Shown here: in pieces, positions 24,749 through 33,058 of the stretch
Layout: the number at the start of each line of letters is the position of its first letter
Position numbering within the stretch: the stretch's first letter is position 1
NCBI GenBank assembly: GCA_947631925.1
Contig: CANRNE010000008.1
Span: forward strand, 3,683 to 67,682
Length of the DNA: 64,000 bases
Reading direction: 5' to 3'
Origin: an uncultured Clostridia bacterium
Lineage (GTDB): Bacteria; Bacillota; Clostridia; Christensenellales; Borkfalkiaceae
The notes under the pieces: generated by a model
Seen by the model: only the letters and a program-made list of their open reading frames with translations
What the model was told of the DNA's origin: nothing
The model's database searches: none
Program-made: the position numbers and the translations under genes

Positions 24749-25849
24749 TCAGTCCAGTGAAATGACTTTCCCGAAGGGAACATCCACATCGGGATTACGC
24801 ACCACGCCCCAGTAGACTTCGCAGTCCACGGAGAGTGGTTCCATGGGGTAGCACTCCATATCGGAGAGGATAATAGCTGCCGTTGGCTCAATTTCCTCGA
24901 TCTTGGTGTGAACACAGGCCAGATCGGTGCCGCCACGGCCTAGCAGTACCAGCCCGTCAAGGGAGTCTCCGGCTTCGACTTCGAAGCTCGTGGTGATCTC
25001 TTCGTCGAAGCAGAAGATGGACATCTTCAGAGGACAGATCTCCGTCCAGATGTAGCGGATCTCGGTCAGGAACTGCTGGACGTTCTCATCAGTGGTGGAC
25101 AGGCTCATGTCGATGAAGTACGCCAGATGAGCCAGACGGCCCTTGTCTACCTTGTAGTACGGAGCCACCAGACCACCTTGGCTCCGACGACCCTGACGGG
25201 TGGTGGTACGTTGACGGCCTGCCAGATCCAGATGAAGGTTCCGCAGGACAGTACGCCAGTCAGCCTTGGGGGACAGGAACTCACTGATCAGCAGCTCGGT
25301 CTGTCCACCTACACCTGCCTGACCAGCAGCCTTGGCCATGTTGTTGGCCTCGATCACCATGGTGACGATCTCGGCCTGCTCGTCTGGGGAGGCTTCCATC
25401 ACATCTTCTTGGAACCAGTTCGGGACAGTATCCGGGTCCTTCACGAGAACATCGTAGATGGCCTCCTCGGACATTCCCTTGAACCTTGGTTCGTGAAGAA
25501 CATCGAAGTCGGGGATCTTGAACCCTTCGTCGAAGGCATCCTGGTTGATGACGTAGTCACAGGCGGCATTCCACAGACGGTTGTCACGGTGACCACGACG
25601 GAGCCAGTAGAGCCGGGCAATGTGCTCCAGCTCATGCTTCAGAGCGAACTTGCGGGACTCGACACTGAAGCGGTTCCAGAAGTTCGGATTGAACGTGATG
25701 GACTTGCCGTTGGTGGCGGCAGGAGCCGGCAGATTCGACTCCCATTTGTATCCGACCAGGCACATGATGCTGGACAGGAAGACCCCGTTGGGGCTGAGGA
25801 ACATTTGCAGCTTGATAGACTCAAGCTGACGGTTCAGGGCGTCGGACAT
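24749..25849 (-). CDS. HExxH metallopeptidase-like N-domain + VWA-like C-domain protein (DUF2201-type), 366 aa
   Basis: KHELEHIARLYW in the N-terminal half. The C-terminal half is VWA-like: AYFIDMSLSTT ... LLGRGGTDL ... AAIILSDME. AGGAG ribosome-binding site. Confidence 0.8.
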   Translation of the reverse strand: MSDALNRQLESIKLQMFLSPNGVFLSSIMCLVGYKWESNLPAPAATNGKSITFNPNFWNRFSVESRKFALKHELEHIARLYWLRRGHRDNRLWNAACDYVINQDAFDEGFKIPDFDVLHEPRFKGMSEEAIYDVLVKDPDTVPNWFQEDVMEASPDEQAEIVTMVIEANNMAKAAGQAGVGGQTELLISEFLSPKADWRTVLRNLHLDLAGRQRTTTRQGRRSQGGLVAPYYKVDKGRLAHLAYFIDMSLSTTDENVQQFLTEIRYIWTEICPLKMSIFCFDEEITTSFEVEAGDSLDGLVLLGRGGTDLACVHTKIEEIEPTAAIILSDMECYPMEPLSVDCEVYWGVVRNPDVDVPFGKVISLD

Positions 25850-25861
25850 GCCGGCTCTCCT

Positions 25862-26062
25862 TCAGAGGGATTCGGTGGCGATGGGAGCTGTGACTGGCTG
25901 GACCCAGATCAAGCCACGCTCCCTTTTGTTGGGTCGGAAGTGTTCGATAGCCCGTTGACGGGCTTCAGCCAGATGTTCTGCAAACAGGTACACCTGCTCG
26001 CCCTTCTGGTTCGCAGCCACGTACAGGCTGTCACCCACACGCTTACGGTTGATCGCGCTCAT
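25862..26062 (-). CDS. Hypothetical protein, 66 aa
   Basis: Track ORF. Confidence 0.55.
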   Translation of the reverse strand: MSAINRKRVGDSLYVAANQKGEQVYLFAEHLAEARQRAIEHFRPNKRERGLIWVQPVTAPIATESL

Positions 26063-26297
26063 GGTTCTGTTTCCGCTTGAAGGGGTGGACGGTGATGGTG
26101 CCTCTCGTGCGTTCCACGGTGTGGGGCACGTTGAGTAGTTTTAGCAGGCGGTGCACCTGCCAGACGGCTTCCCGTTTGGTATACATGGTGGGGAAGTGGT
26201 CACGGACTTCCACTGCGGTGCCGGGATTCCGGCAACACAGGAGAGCCGTTTTCAGATACCCACGGGTCGAGCGGCCAGTTCCACGTAGGGTATCCAT
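26043..26297 (-). CDS. Hypothetical protein, 84 aa
   Basis: I set the start at MDTLRGTG, 2 nt after the MoxR-like stop. The track's 185-aa version overlaps the MoxR gene out of frame. Confidence 0.55.
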   Translation of the reverse strand: MDTLRGTGRSTRGYLKTALLCCRNPGTAVEVRDHFPTMYTKREAVWQVHRLLKLLNVPHTVERTRGTITVHPFKRKQNHERDQP

Positions 26298-26299
26298 GG

Positions 26300-27358
26300 T
26301 CAGTTTCCTTGCAGAGCGCGGGCCAGAGCCTTCTGGAGCTGCGGGAAGACCGGCAGCATTTCCACGTCCGGACGCTTCTTGATCAGGTTGCGTCCGAACA
26401 CAACCAGATAGCTCGGTGACGGGACACGCAATGCGTAGTCCACCAACCGCTCGATATCGACCACATCGGTGTCGTCCTTGATGTAGGACAGGATGGACAC
26501 AATGACGCCGTAGACCAGGCTCGCAGTGGTCGGCATTTCCGTCAGCTGCGGGTTGGCGATGATGTCCTTGACAGCCGGCAGCTGCAACGTGGTGGTGCAA
26601 TGCACACGGAACTTGGCAGCAGTGTCGGAACCAACACAGCCAGCGATGATCGGCAGGGCCACATCACTGGACACATCCAGCTCACCTTCAACCAACAGAT
26701 CGTTGAGCATGGACAGAGTGCGGGGAGCACTGAAAGTCAGCTCTTCTCGCGCGGTCGGATTGAAGGTCAGGAACTGAGACGTGTTGGACATCAGGAACGA
26801 GATCAGGCGGTGATCGTAGTTGCCCGGGATGGCAACATCGTCCAGCCACTCGTCCAAGGACGGTTCCACATCCAACGTCACCACGCGGGACTGCAAGGCA
26901 GTACCCACGGCATTGGCAGCAGCACGGTCAGAGACACGATTGCCAGCCACGACGATGAAGACGTTGGGATGCAGGCGGTAATCGCCGACGGCGCGATCCA
27001 GCAGCAGCTGGTACAGGGAGGCCTGTACTTCACGGGAAGCGTTGGTCAGCTCATCGAGAAACAGGAGCCAGCCGCTGAAGCCTTTCGGCACTTCCATGCC
27101 TTCCAGCGGGAACTTGTCGGTGAAGGGCAGGAACTTGGCCTTGCCATCGACCACGGCACCCATGCCGTTCACGTCTTCCGGCAGCAGGCCGGAGGCACGC
27201 ACGTCGATCATCTTCAGGTTGGCCTTCCGAGCCACATCGGCAACAACGGCACTCTTGCCGATAGCGGGACTGCCCAGCAGGAAGGGGATCTGTCCGGATG
27301 ACAGGATGATTTCTACAGCTTCGCGTGCTTTGCGCAGCGAGATCTTGAAGGTACTCAT
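26300..27358 (-). CDS. MoxR-like AAA+ ATPase (AAA_5 type), 352 aa
   Basis: Walker A LLGSPAIGKSAV; Walker B/sensor WLLFLDELTNASREVQASLYQLLLDR. Confidence 0.85.
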   Translation of the reverse strand: MSTFKISLRKAREAVEIILSSGQIPFLLGSPAIGKSAVVADVARKANLKMIDVRASGLLPEDVNGMGAVVDGKAKFLPFTDKFPLEGMEVPKGFSGWLLFLDELTNASREVQASLYQLLLDRAVGDYRLHPNVFIVVAGNRVSDRAAANAVGTALQSRVVTLDVEPSLDEWLDDVAIPGNYDHRLISFLMSNTSQFLTFNPTAREELTFSAPRTLSMLNDLLVEGELDVSSDVALPIIAGCVGSDTAAKFRVHCTTTLQLPAVKDIIANPQLTEMPTTASLVYGVIVSILSYIKDDTDVVDIERLVDYALRVPSPSYLVVFGRNLIKKRPDVEMLPVFPQLQKALARALQGN

Positions 27359-27390
27359 ATCGGATCACTCTTGATTGTTGAGAGGGGGGA

Positions 27391-28137
27391 TCAAAGATCG
27401 CCCATGAAGTGCATGTGGATGGCGGAGTTGAGCATGCGAATGCCCAGGTTCACCTCGGCGTTCAGCTCTTCCATTTTGGTGACGACAGCCTTGACGGCTT
27501 TCTTTTCGTTGGCCTTGCGCATAGCGACGTAGGCACGGAACAGGGGAAGCTGCGGAATGATCTGAGTCAGTTCATCGACTGTCACCTGATCGGTGTGCAG
27601 CACCAAAGGAACACGCCCAACAAACTCGGTGCGAAGACCGGTAGCGCGGAGATCAGCAATGTCGTGGATCTTCTGGTTTGAGAAAGCGCCGGCGAAGATG
27701 AAAAGGCTGTTTTCAACAACCACCTGGTCGTACTTTCCGTACTCTCCGAAGATGCTGGTGTACTTCGATTCCAGCATGGTCAGGAACTCGTCCTGCACAT
27801 TGGATCGGAAGCCTTCGGTGGTCTCGCCGTTACGCTGGAACAGCTTGTCGAACTCATCGACGAACACGACGTTCGGCTCGTTCCAGTGCTCACGCAGCTT
27901 GCGCATGGCCTTGGAGAGGGAGTTGCCGGACAGGCCTTCGGCAGTCAGCTGTGCACCGTTGATTTCAATCATGGGGACCTTCAGGTCCTTGCAGATCGAG
28001 CCAGTGAGATAGCTCTTGCCGGAACCAGAAGGACCGGTCAGAAAGAAGTGGGGACGGATAGCGGCATCGCTCTCCTTTAGGGTGGATATGATCGTGCTCA
28101 TCTGACGATGCACGTTGACCTGAGACGGGAAAATCAT
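27391..28137 (-). CDS. Second AAA+ ATPase (ClpX/HslU-like core), 248 aa
   Basis: Walker A LTGPSGSGKSYL; Walker B VVFVDEFDKLF. ATGA overlap with the upstream HNH gene. Confidence 0.85.
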   Translation of the reverse strand: MIFPSQVNVHRQMSTIISTLKESDAAIRPHFFLTGPSGSGKSYLTGSICKDLKVPMIEINGAQLTAEGLSGNSLSKAMRKLREHWNEPNVVFVDEFDKLFQRNGETTEGFRSNVQDEFLTMLESKYTSIFGEYGKYDQVVVENSLFIFAGAFSNQKIHDIADLRATGLRTEFVGRVPLVLHTDQVTVDELTQIIPQLPLFRAYVAMRKANEKKAVKAVVTKMEELNAEVNLGIRMLNSAIHMHFMGDL

Positions 28138-28511
28138 GTCTTCTGTTCCTTGGCTCGTTTGGCTCTACGCCGTTGGTTTTTGAGATGGGTAACCAGCTCA
28201 AGATGAGCTGGGTTGCAGCACAAGCGGTTGTTGCACAGGTGATCCACCTGTCGCTTGGAAGGGATGTAGCCGTAGTGGTGGGTAGCCACGACGATGTGCA
28301 CAGCCACGGTTTGGTTGTCCAAGCACATGCGGCCATACCCACCACCACGGCCATTACCAGAGGTGGGGCCTTGCCATACGAGACAAGGGGAGAGCACACC
28401 ATCAACGGTGTGACTATGGTCCTGCACCTCGCATCGGCCCATGATCTTGTCGATGATGTTGTCGCGCCGGGTCACTGGGTTCTCCACGAAAAAATAAAGC
28501 CCAAACCACAA
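28134..28511 (-). mobile_element. HNH homing endonuclease gene, 125 aa
   Basis: GYGRMCL...VAVHIVV...QVDHLCNNRLCCNPAHLELVTHLKNQ (HNH_3 type). Confidence 0.85.
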
Positions 28512-28532
28512 AAGTGGTCTGGGCTTAGAAGA

Positions 28533-29003
28533 TCAACACTTAGGCTCGTTGAATGTGGGAGTCTTCGTGCGGTATTTGTGCAACTCTCCCCGAAGCCTTT
28601 GGTTCTCTTCACGAAGTTGCTGAAGCTCTATGGCTCGCGCTTCGTTCTCCATGTCTGCTGCGAGATGGAACTCATCAACAGTCATGACAAGCATGTTGAT
28701 AGAGCCAGAGAAGTGCGTGACTCTTAGATGGACATCATCAGTTCGGCGCACAGTCATTCTGGACTGCACAGCATCCGCCAACGTTTGCGCGAATGCGTAA
28801 CGGATCTCATCTTCCGCCCTGTTCTTTGCGATAACCGGAGGCTCGTCATACATAGGTATCTCTATGTTGTGTGTACGAGAGATGACCTGTGGGAGATCAG
28901 GAAGTCCCCGTTTTCCTGCACTACGGAGTAGTGCCTGGGTTTGGAACCAAAGGGGAAAACGTCGGCGTAGTGCTTCTATAGCCTGTGCGGTTCTATGTGG
29001 CAT
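28533..29003 (-). CDS. Hypothetical protein with a C-terminal coiled coil, 156 aa (start uncertain)
   Basis: Track ORF. The region is lower in GC than the flanks. An alternative start is the internal MYDEPPV. Confidence 0.6.
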   Translation of the reverse strand: MPHRTAQAIEALRRRFPLWFQTQALLRSAGKRGLPDLPQVISRTHNIEIPMYDEPPVIAKNRAEDEIRYAFAQTLADAVQSRMTVRRTDDVHLRVTHFSGSINMLVMTVDEFHLAADMENEARAIELQQLREENQRLRGELHKYRTKTPTFNEPKC

Positions 29004-29034
29004 TGCAAATCTCGTTGGTGTCTTTACCCATAGA

Positions 29035-29071
29035 AAAAATTAAGCCGCCACCCCCGAAGGGATGACGGCTT
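29035..29071 (-). terminator. Strong strand-specific rho-independent terminator
   Basis: On the minus-strand RNA: AAGCCGUCAUCCC-uucg-GGGGUGGCGGCUU, 13 bp including two G-U pairs (these are C-A mismatches on the plus strand), followed by AAUUUUUUC. Confidence 0.8.
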
Positions 29072-29077
29072 GGTTGG

Positions 29078-29209
29078 TTACCCGATGGTCCAGATGTACC
29101 CGGGTGGGTAACTGGCACAGGTTCGGACGACTGCTTCGTAGGAACCGAAGCGGGGAATGTGACGTACGGTGCTGCCATCCCAGACGTGGATGGTCCAGAG
29201 CTTTTCCAT
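29078..29209 (-). CDS. Possible small protein, 43 aa (below the track cutoff)
   Basis: My translation: MEKLWTIHVWDGSTVRHIPRFGSYEAVVRTCASYPPGYIWTIG. GAGGA lies 9 nt upstream. It sits between the RNAPII large-subunit stop and the terminator. Confidence 0.4.
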   Translation of the reverse strand: MEKLWTIHVWDGSTVRHIPRFGSYEAVVRTCASYPPGYIWTIG

Positions 29210-29220
29210 GATGAGAGTCC

Positions 29221-30435
29221 TCAAGACAGGGCGTACTCAGCTTCCAGCACATCCCTCCACATGTCTGGATCCAGCTTGGTAACGGGAACGTCTTCACCGG
29301 CCAGCTGGGACATGAGGAAGGAGAGCAGGTTGCTACGGGCGATGTTGGAAAGGAGCAGTGCGTACTGCTTGCGCAAGTCGTTGCCATAGTTGGGCAGACA
29401 ACGGAAGCAGTCATGTACAGTGAGCACTTCAAAGGGCTTCACCGGGAGAGAGTCAATCAACTCCCGGATGACGGCTTTGTCAACGAGATCCACAGAGCGA
29501 TGGGTCAGGTGATCCAGAATACGTGCAGACAGGAATCCCGAATCCTTGTAGAGCTTCCACAGCTTGCTGACGATTGCCCTTTCTTCCTTGGCTCCGCTGT
29601 GCTCCCACGGATCACGGCACTCCAGCGCATTCAGGACTGCCAGTACACGGTCGATGTCGAAGGAGCAACGACGAACCATCTCACGGACGATCAGGCCGTC
29701 AATGGAGTGAACGATGTTGGCACCCAGCGAGCGGCCAGTCGGTTGTGGACCAACGACTTTCACGGGTACTTCATAGCGACCGTCATCGAAGAAGACAGCC
29801 TCATTCACCTTGCCCACTACCTTCACCTTGACGTGGAAGTTGTCCGGAAGGATCCAATCGTGGCTCTCGGCTTGAGGGTTCCAGAAGGACATGAAGGACT
29901 CGTTGAGTTCCCATGCACCCGGGCACCATTGCTTGAGGGTCTGGTAGAAGAACTCCAGCTGCTCACCTTCACCGAAGACACGCTTCGGTTCTGCTTCGGA
30001 GGTATAGAAGGCGGTCATGATGGCCTTCTTCACATCGTCACGGGAGGCGGTCAGCTTGACACCTGCCTCCTGAGCCAGAAGCTGGTAGAGGGTGGTGTAG
30101 GCGTCCATGCGGTCGCCGTCTTCATTGGCGATCACGTTGCACAGCATGGCCGTGGAACGATCACCAGTCAGACAGGAGAGGATCTGCATACCGGATGCGG
30201 TTGCATCCAACGAGATCGGGTAACCAGAGGGCAAGCCAGCTTCCGCTGCCTCCCATGCCTTCATGCCGGCGTAGAACATGGCCGGGTCATGTGCATCACG
30301 CAGCAGCAGTTGCAGCTGATGCTTGTTGTCCTCGAACCACTGGAGACGCTGCTTCCAAGTGGCTCGCTCGTTCTCCTTGGAGAAGGAGTTGGCAATGTCG
30401 ATGGCGAGGTACTGCTTACCGGTGAACTGGATCAT
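29221..30435 (-). CDS. T7-like RNA polymerase catalytic part (N4 RNAPII large subunit, gp16-like), 404 aa
   Basis: Motif A-like ISLDATASGMQILS; motif B-like KKAIMTAFYTSE; VHSIDGLIVREM; motif C TVHDCFRC. I set the start at MIQFTGKQ (ATG at 30435), downstream of the terminator at 30463..30482. Confidence 0.85.
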   Translation of the reverse strand: MIQFTGKQYLAIDIANSFSKENERATWKQRLQWFEDNKHQLQLLLRDAHDPAMFYAGMKAWEAAEAGLPSGYPISLDATASGMQILSCLTGDRSTAMLCNVIANEDGDRMDAYTTLYQLLAQEAGVKLTASRDDVKKAIMTAFYTSEAEPKRVFGEGEQLEFFYQTLKQWCPGAWELNESFMSFWNPQAESHDWILPDNFHVKVKVVGKVNEAVFFDDGRYEVPVKVVGPQPTGRSLGANIVHSIDGLIVREMVRRCSFDIDRVLAVLNALECRDPWEHSGAKEERAIVSKLWKLYKDSGFLSARILDHLTHRSVDLVDKAVIRELIDSLPVKPFEVLTVHDCFRCLPNYGNDLRKQYALLLSNIARSNLLSFLMSQLAGEDVPVTKLDPDMWRDVLEAEYALS

Positions 30436-30452
30436 GTGAGAATCCTTGGGGT

Positions 30453-30482
30453 AAAAATGAAGAGGCCACCCGAAGGTGGCCT
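30453..30482 (-). terminator. Rho-independent terminator immediately upstream of the RNAPII large-subunit gene
   Basis: On the minus strand: AGGCCACC-ttcg-GGTGGCCT followed by CTTCATTTTTAC. Confidence 0.7.
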
Positions 30483-30485
30483 TGG

Positions 30486-30668
30486 TTACTGCTGGTTCTT
30501 GCGGTGGTGCCGTCGTCCAGCGCCTCGCAAGGAGGCACTGAAGTTGGCGACTTTGAGGGCATACCACAGAATGCCGATCAGGAAGACGGCAGGGATGAAA
30601 AGGGCGAAGACGCCGATGCTGATGCAGAGGATTGCCAGCAGTCCGAGTAGGATCAGAAAGACCTTCAT
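30486..30668 (-). CDS. Small membrane protein, 60 aa
   Basis: Track ORF: MKVFLILLGLLAILCISIGVFALFIPAVFLIGILWYAL followed by a basic tail. Confidence 0.65.
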   Translation of the reverse strand: MKVFLILLGLLAILCISIGVFALFIPAVFLIGILWYALKVANFSASLRGAGRRHHRKNQQ

Positions 30669-30817
30669 GCGATGTCCTTTCGACAGTTGAGGAAGTTGAG
30701 GCGTGCACAGAACAGTGCAGCTTTGCTGTCACGCAGGCTCACGGTCCAATTGGACAGGGGCAGAGCTTGCCAGATCTGAAAACAGGATGACCAAACAAGA
30801 CGAGGCTTCTTGCTCAT
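30665..30817 (-). CDS. Possible small protein, 50 aa (below the track cutoff)
   Basis: My translation: MSKKPRLVWSSCFQIWQALPLSNWTVSLRDSKAALFCARLNFLNCRKDIA. It has ATGA overlaps at both ends. Confidence 0.45.
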   Translation of the reverse strand: MSKKPRLVWSSCFQIWQALPLSNWTVSLRDSKAALFCARLNFLNCRKDIA

Positions 30818-31020
30818 GTGTGCTCCGGGAAACGACGCCATGCCTGGATGCAGAGCACGTCACCGTTATCGGTGGCAAAGCAGTCAAGCTCATCGTCGTA
30901 GAAGGCGGTGTACGTGCGGAGGATTGAGTGAGTGGTGTCGATGCGGCCCAGCACAACGATCACCACACCTTTTACACGGGGCAAGGTGAAGGGGTGCATC
31001 CAAGGATTGGATTTACGCAT
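30814..31020 (-). CDS. Hypothetical protein, 68 aa
   Basis: Track ORF. Confidence 0.6.
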   Translation of the reverse strand: MRKSNPWMHPFTLPRVKGVVIVVLGRIDTTHSILRTYTAFYDDELDCFATDNGDVLCIQAWRRFPEHT

Positions 31021-31023
31021 GGG

Positions 31024-31233
31024 TCATTTCTCCGGAAGGAAAACTTTCAAGCGATCCAAGGATTCCTTGATGGATTCGATGGTGGCTCGGGTTGCGAAGG
31101 GGAACTCGACCCCTTCACCAGTCACCATGTCGTGGATACGCAAAGTTTCTGCGTGCTCGGGATCTTCGTGGTGCAGGAGACCTGCACACTTTTTGTTCCC
31201 CAAGGTGATGTAGACACTGAAGTCGGCACTCAT
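31024..31233 (-). CDS. Hypothetical protein, 69 aa
   Basis: Track ORF. Confidence 0.6.
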   Translation of the reverse strand: MSADFSVYITLGNKKCAGLLHHEDPEHAETLRIHDMVTGEGVEFPFATRATIESIKESLDRLKVFLPEK

Positions 31234-31505
31234 GACTTCAGTTCCTTCAGATCGGCGACCAGACGTGCCATGACTGCCACGCAGTCGCTATCAGCTGGCA
31301 CCACCAGCAGATGTTCGTCTGGCTCACCGTCGAGGGTGGTCTTGCCGTAATCGGCATAGATGAACAGCATCGGAGGTGCGTCTTCCAGTGACACCTTGAT
31401 GTTGTTGTCATTGAGCCACTGGGCATCCTCGGGATTGATCAGGGTGATCTTGATTTCCTTGGTATCGCCATTCGGACGGATGTAGAGAGTTGCCTTGATG
31501 CTCAT
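31230..31505 (-). CDS. Hypothetical acidic protein, 91 aa
   Basis: Track ORF with ATGA overlaps on both sides. Confidence 0.65.
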   Translation of the reverse strand: MSIKATLYIRPNGDTKEIKITLINPEDAQWLNDNNIKVSLEDAPPMLFIYADYGKTTLDGEPDEHLLVVPADSDCVAVMARLVADLKELKS

Positions 31506-32326
31506 TCGGTGATTTCCTCGTTGGCAAACAGGACGGAAGCTTTGTTCCAGCTGTTGCCCTGATAGTTGATGTGGTAGCCGGCACAGTAGGTGCGGCCCCT
31601 CTTGTCCACGTTGTGGGTCAGGTAGAACTCGTTGTCGTGCTCGGTGATGATGTCGATCACCTTGCGGGCAGTACGGTCGTACTTGTCGAAGGCTCGTTGA
31701 CGCTTCTTGAAGGTTCCGAAGTCTTCACCGGGACGTTGCTTGTCCAAGTGCTTCCAGCTGTTGTGGATGGTGTCCACAACATCACGGTTCACTTTCAAAC
31801 GGATCTTGTTCATCCGATTGAGGTGATCCAAACACACGTCACCGTTGTGGTGGTTGTCATTGAGAATGACCGACTTCTTCTCGACCGTGAGGTACGGGTT
31901 GTCGAGGTTCGACTTCAGCTCCGCTGGTTCGATGACCATGGGCAGTGGGTACTGGAACATTTCCAGTGCTTGCCACACTGCCGGAGTCAGTTCATAGATG
32001 ACGATGAACAGTCGGAGGCTGTCATTCCAGACGAAGAACTCGTTCCTGACCAACTCTCCGAGAGCGTCAGCAGTCTTCTGACAGTCGCCATCGAAGTAGT
32101 GACGCAGCAGACCAATCATGGTCGGCACGTCAGCACGTTTGTGCAGAGCCATCTGGCACAGGGCATCGAGACAGAACATGTCCTTGATGCCCAAGGCGTC
32201 CAGCCCAGTGATGGTATCGACCATCGACTGGGGCAGACCTTGGATGAACTCTTCGCGCACGCGGGGCAGCAGCTGATTCTTGGAGTACAGAGTTTCCAGC
32301 ATCAGCTGGTGTTCGCGGTTGCTCAT
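31502..32326 (-). CDS. T7-like RNA polymerase N-terminal part (N4 RNAPII small subunit, gp15-like), 274 aa
   Basis: C-terminal DKRGRTYCAGYHINYQGNSWNKASVLFA matches T7 RNAP DWRGRVYA..NPQGNDMTKGLL as I recall it. I set the start at MSNREHQL (ATG at 32326). Confidence 0.75.
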   Translation of the reverse strand: MSNREHQLMLETLYSKNQLLPRVREEFIQGLPQSMVDTITGLDALGIKDMFCLDALCQMALHKRADVPTMIGLLRHYFDGDCQKTADALGELVRNEFFVWNDSLRLFIVIYELTPAVWQALEMFQYPLPMVIEPAELKSNLDNPYLTVEKKSVILNDNHHNGDVCLDHLNRMNKIRLKVNRDVVDTIHNSWKHLDKQRPGEDFGTFKKRQRAFDKYDRTARKVIDIITEHDNEFYLTHNVDKRGRTYCAGYHINYQGNSWNKASVLFANEEITE

Positions 32327-32330
32327 TGGT

Positions 32331-32660
32331 TCATTCCTTGGAGACGAAGGTGTAGACGATTCGTGGATGCTTCCAGCACTCCAACGGAGGGTTCCCATTG
32401 GAGATCTGGCGGTCGTACCAATCCTGGTATTCGGCACGGGTGTTGAAGGTCATTACCACAGTGCCGGACGGGGCAACGACATGGATCTCACGCTTCGGTG
32501 AGGGTGCGGTGCCCATCTGGTTTGCAAGGCTGGTAAGTGACCGTGCTTGGGCCGTATCCAGTCCAAACAGGACTGCTACTTCAGCAACGGACTTACCTTC
32601 AGCCAGAGCATCTTGGATGCAGGCAAGACGGGCACGGAGATACAAGTCCCAGTGGTTCAT
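32331..32660 (-). CDS. Small HTH-like protein, 109 aa
   Basis: I set the start at MNHWDLYL, which makes a TAATG overlap with the upstream stop. The HTH-like segment is KSVAEVAVLFGLDTAQARSL. Confidence 0.6.
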   Translation of the reverse strand: MNHWDLYLRARLACIQDALAEGKSVAEVAVLFGLDTAQARSLTSLANQMGTAPSPKREIHVVAPSGTVVMTFNTRAEYQDWYDRQISNGNPPLECWKHPRIVYTFVSKE

Positions 32661-33058
32661 TACAGGGTTCCCCAGAAGGTGGTTTCTTTCGGAAGGTAGG
32701 GACGCCATGCCTCGTCGAACTGCACGTTCTCGGAGTGATCCACGAACATCGGAGCGATGTCCTGATGGCGGTAACCGGCAAGGCCAGTACCGATGGCAGT
32801 GACGTAGAAGGTCAGCTTGCGCTTGGACTTGGCGTAGGCCAGGAATCCCATCACGTAGGCGTGGATGATCTCCAGCGGCAAGGTGTTGAGGAACTCGTCC
32901 TTGGTTGGGATAGCGAAGGAACGGTCGCAGTGGCCATAGGAGAAGCCCAACTTGGCACCGTACTTTTCACGGGCAGTGCGTGCTGCACCAGCACCGTGGA
33001 GGCCAGCCTCATTGGAGCCAAACACCATAACAGTGTTTTTATTATTCGGGATTGCCAT
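32660..33058 (-). CDS. Conserved-looking Rossmann-like protein with FGSN..G.HGAGAA and AIPTK motifs, 132 aa
   Basis: I set the start at MAIPNNKNTVMVFGSNEAGLHGAGAARTA. It also carries SFAIPTKD and VTAIGTGLAGY. The family name is not recalled with certainty. Confidence 0.75.
   Translation of the reverse strand: MAIPNNKNTVMVFGSNEAGLHGAGAARTAREKYGAKLGFSYGHCDRSFAIPTKDEFLNTLPLEIIHAYVMGFLAYAKSKRKLTFYVTAIGTGLAGYRHQDIAPMFVDHSENVQFDEAWRPYLPKETTFWGTL

Noticed and set aside
29413-30690. 425-aa plus-strand ORF opposite the RNA polymerase catalytic subunit
   Set aside because: The minus strand carries unmistakable T7-like polymerase motifs. The plus-strand frame is a shadow ORF.
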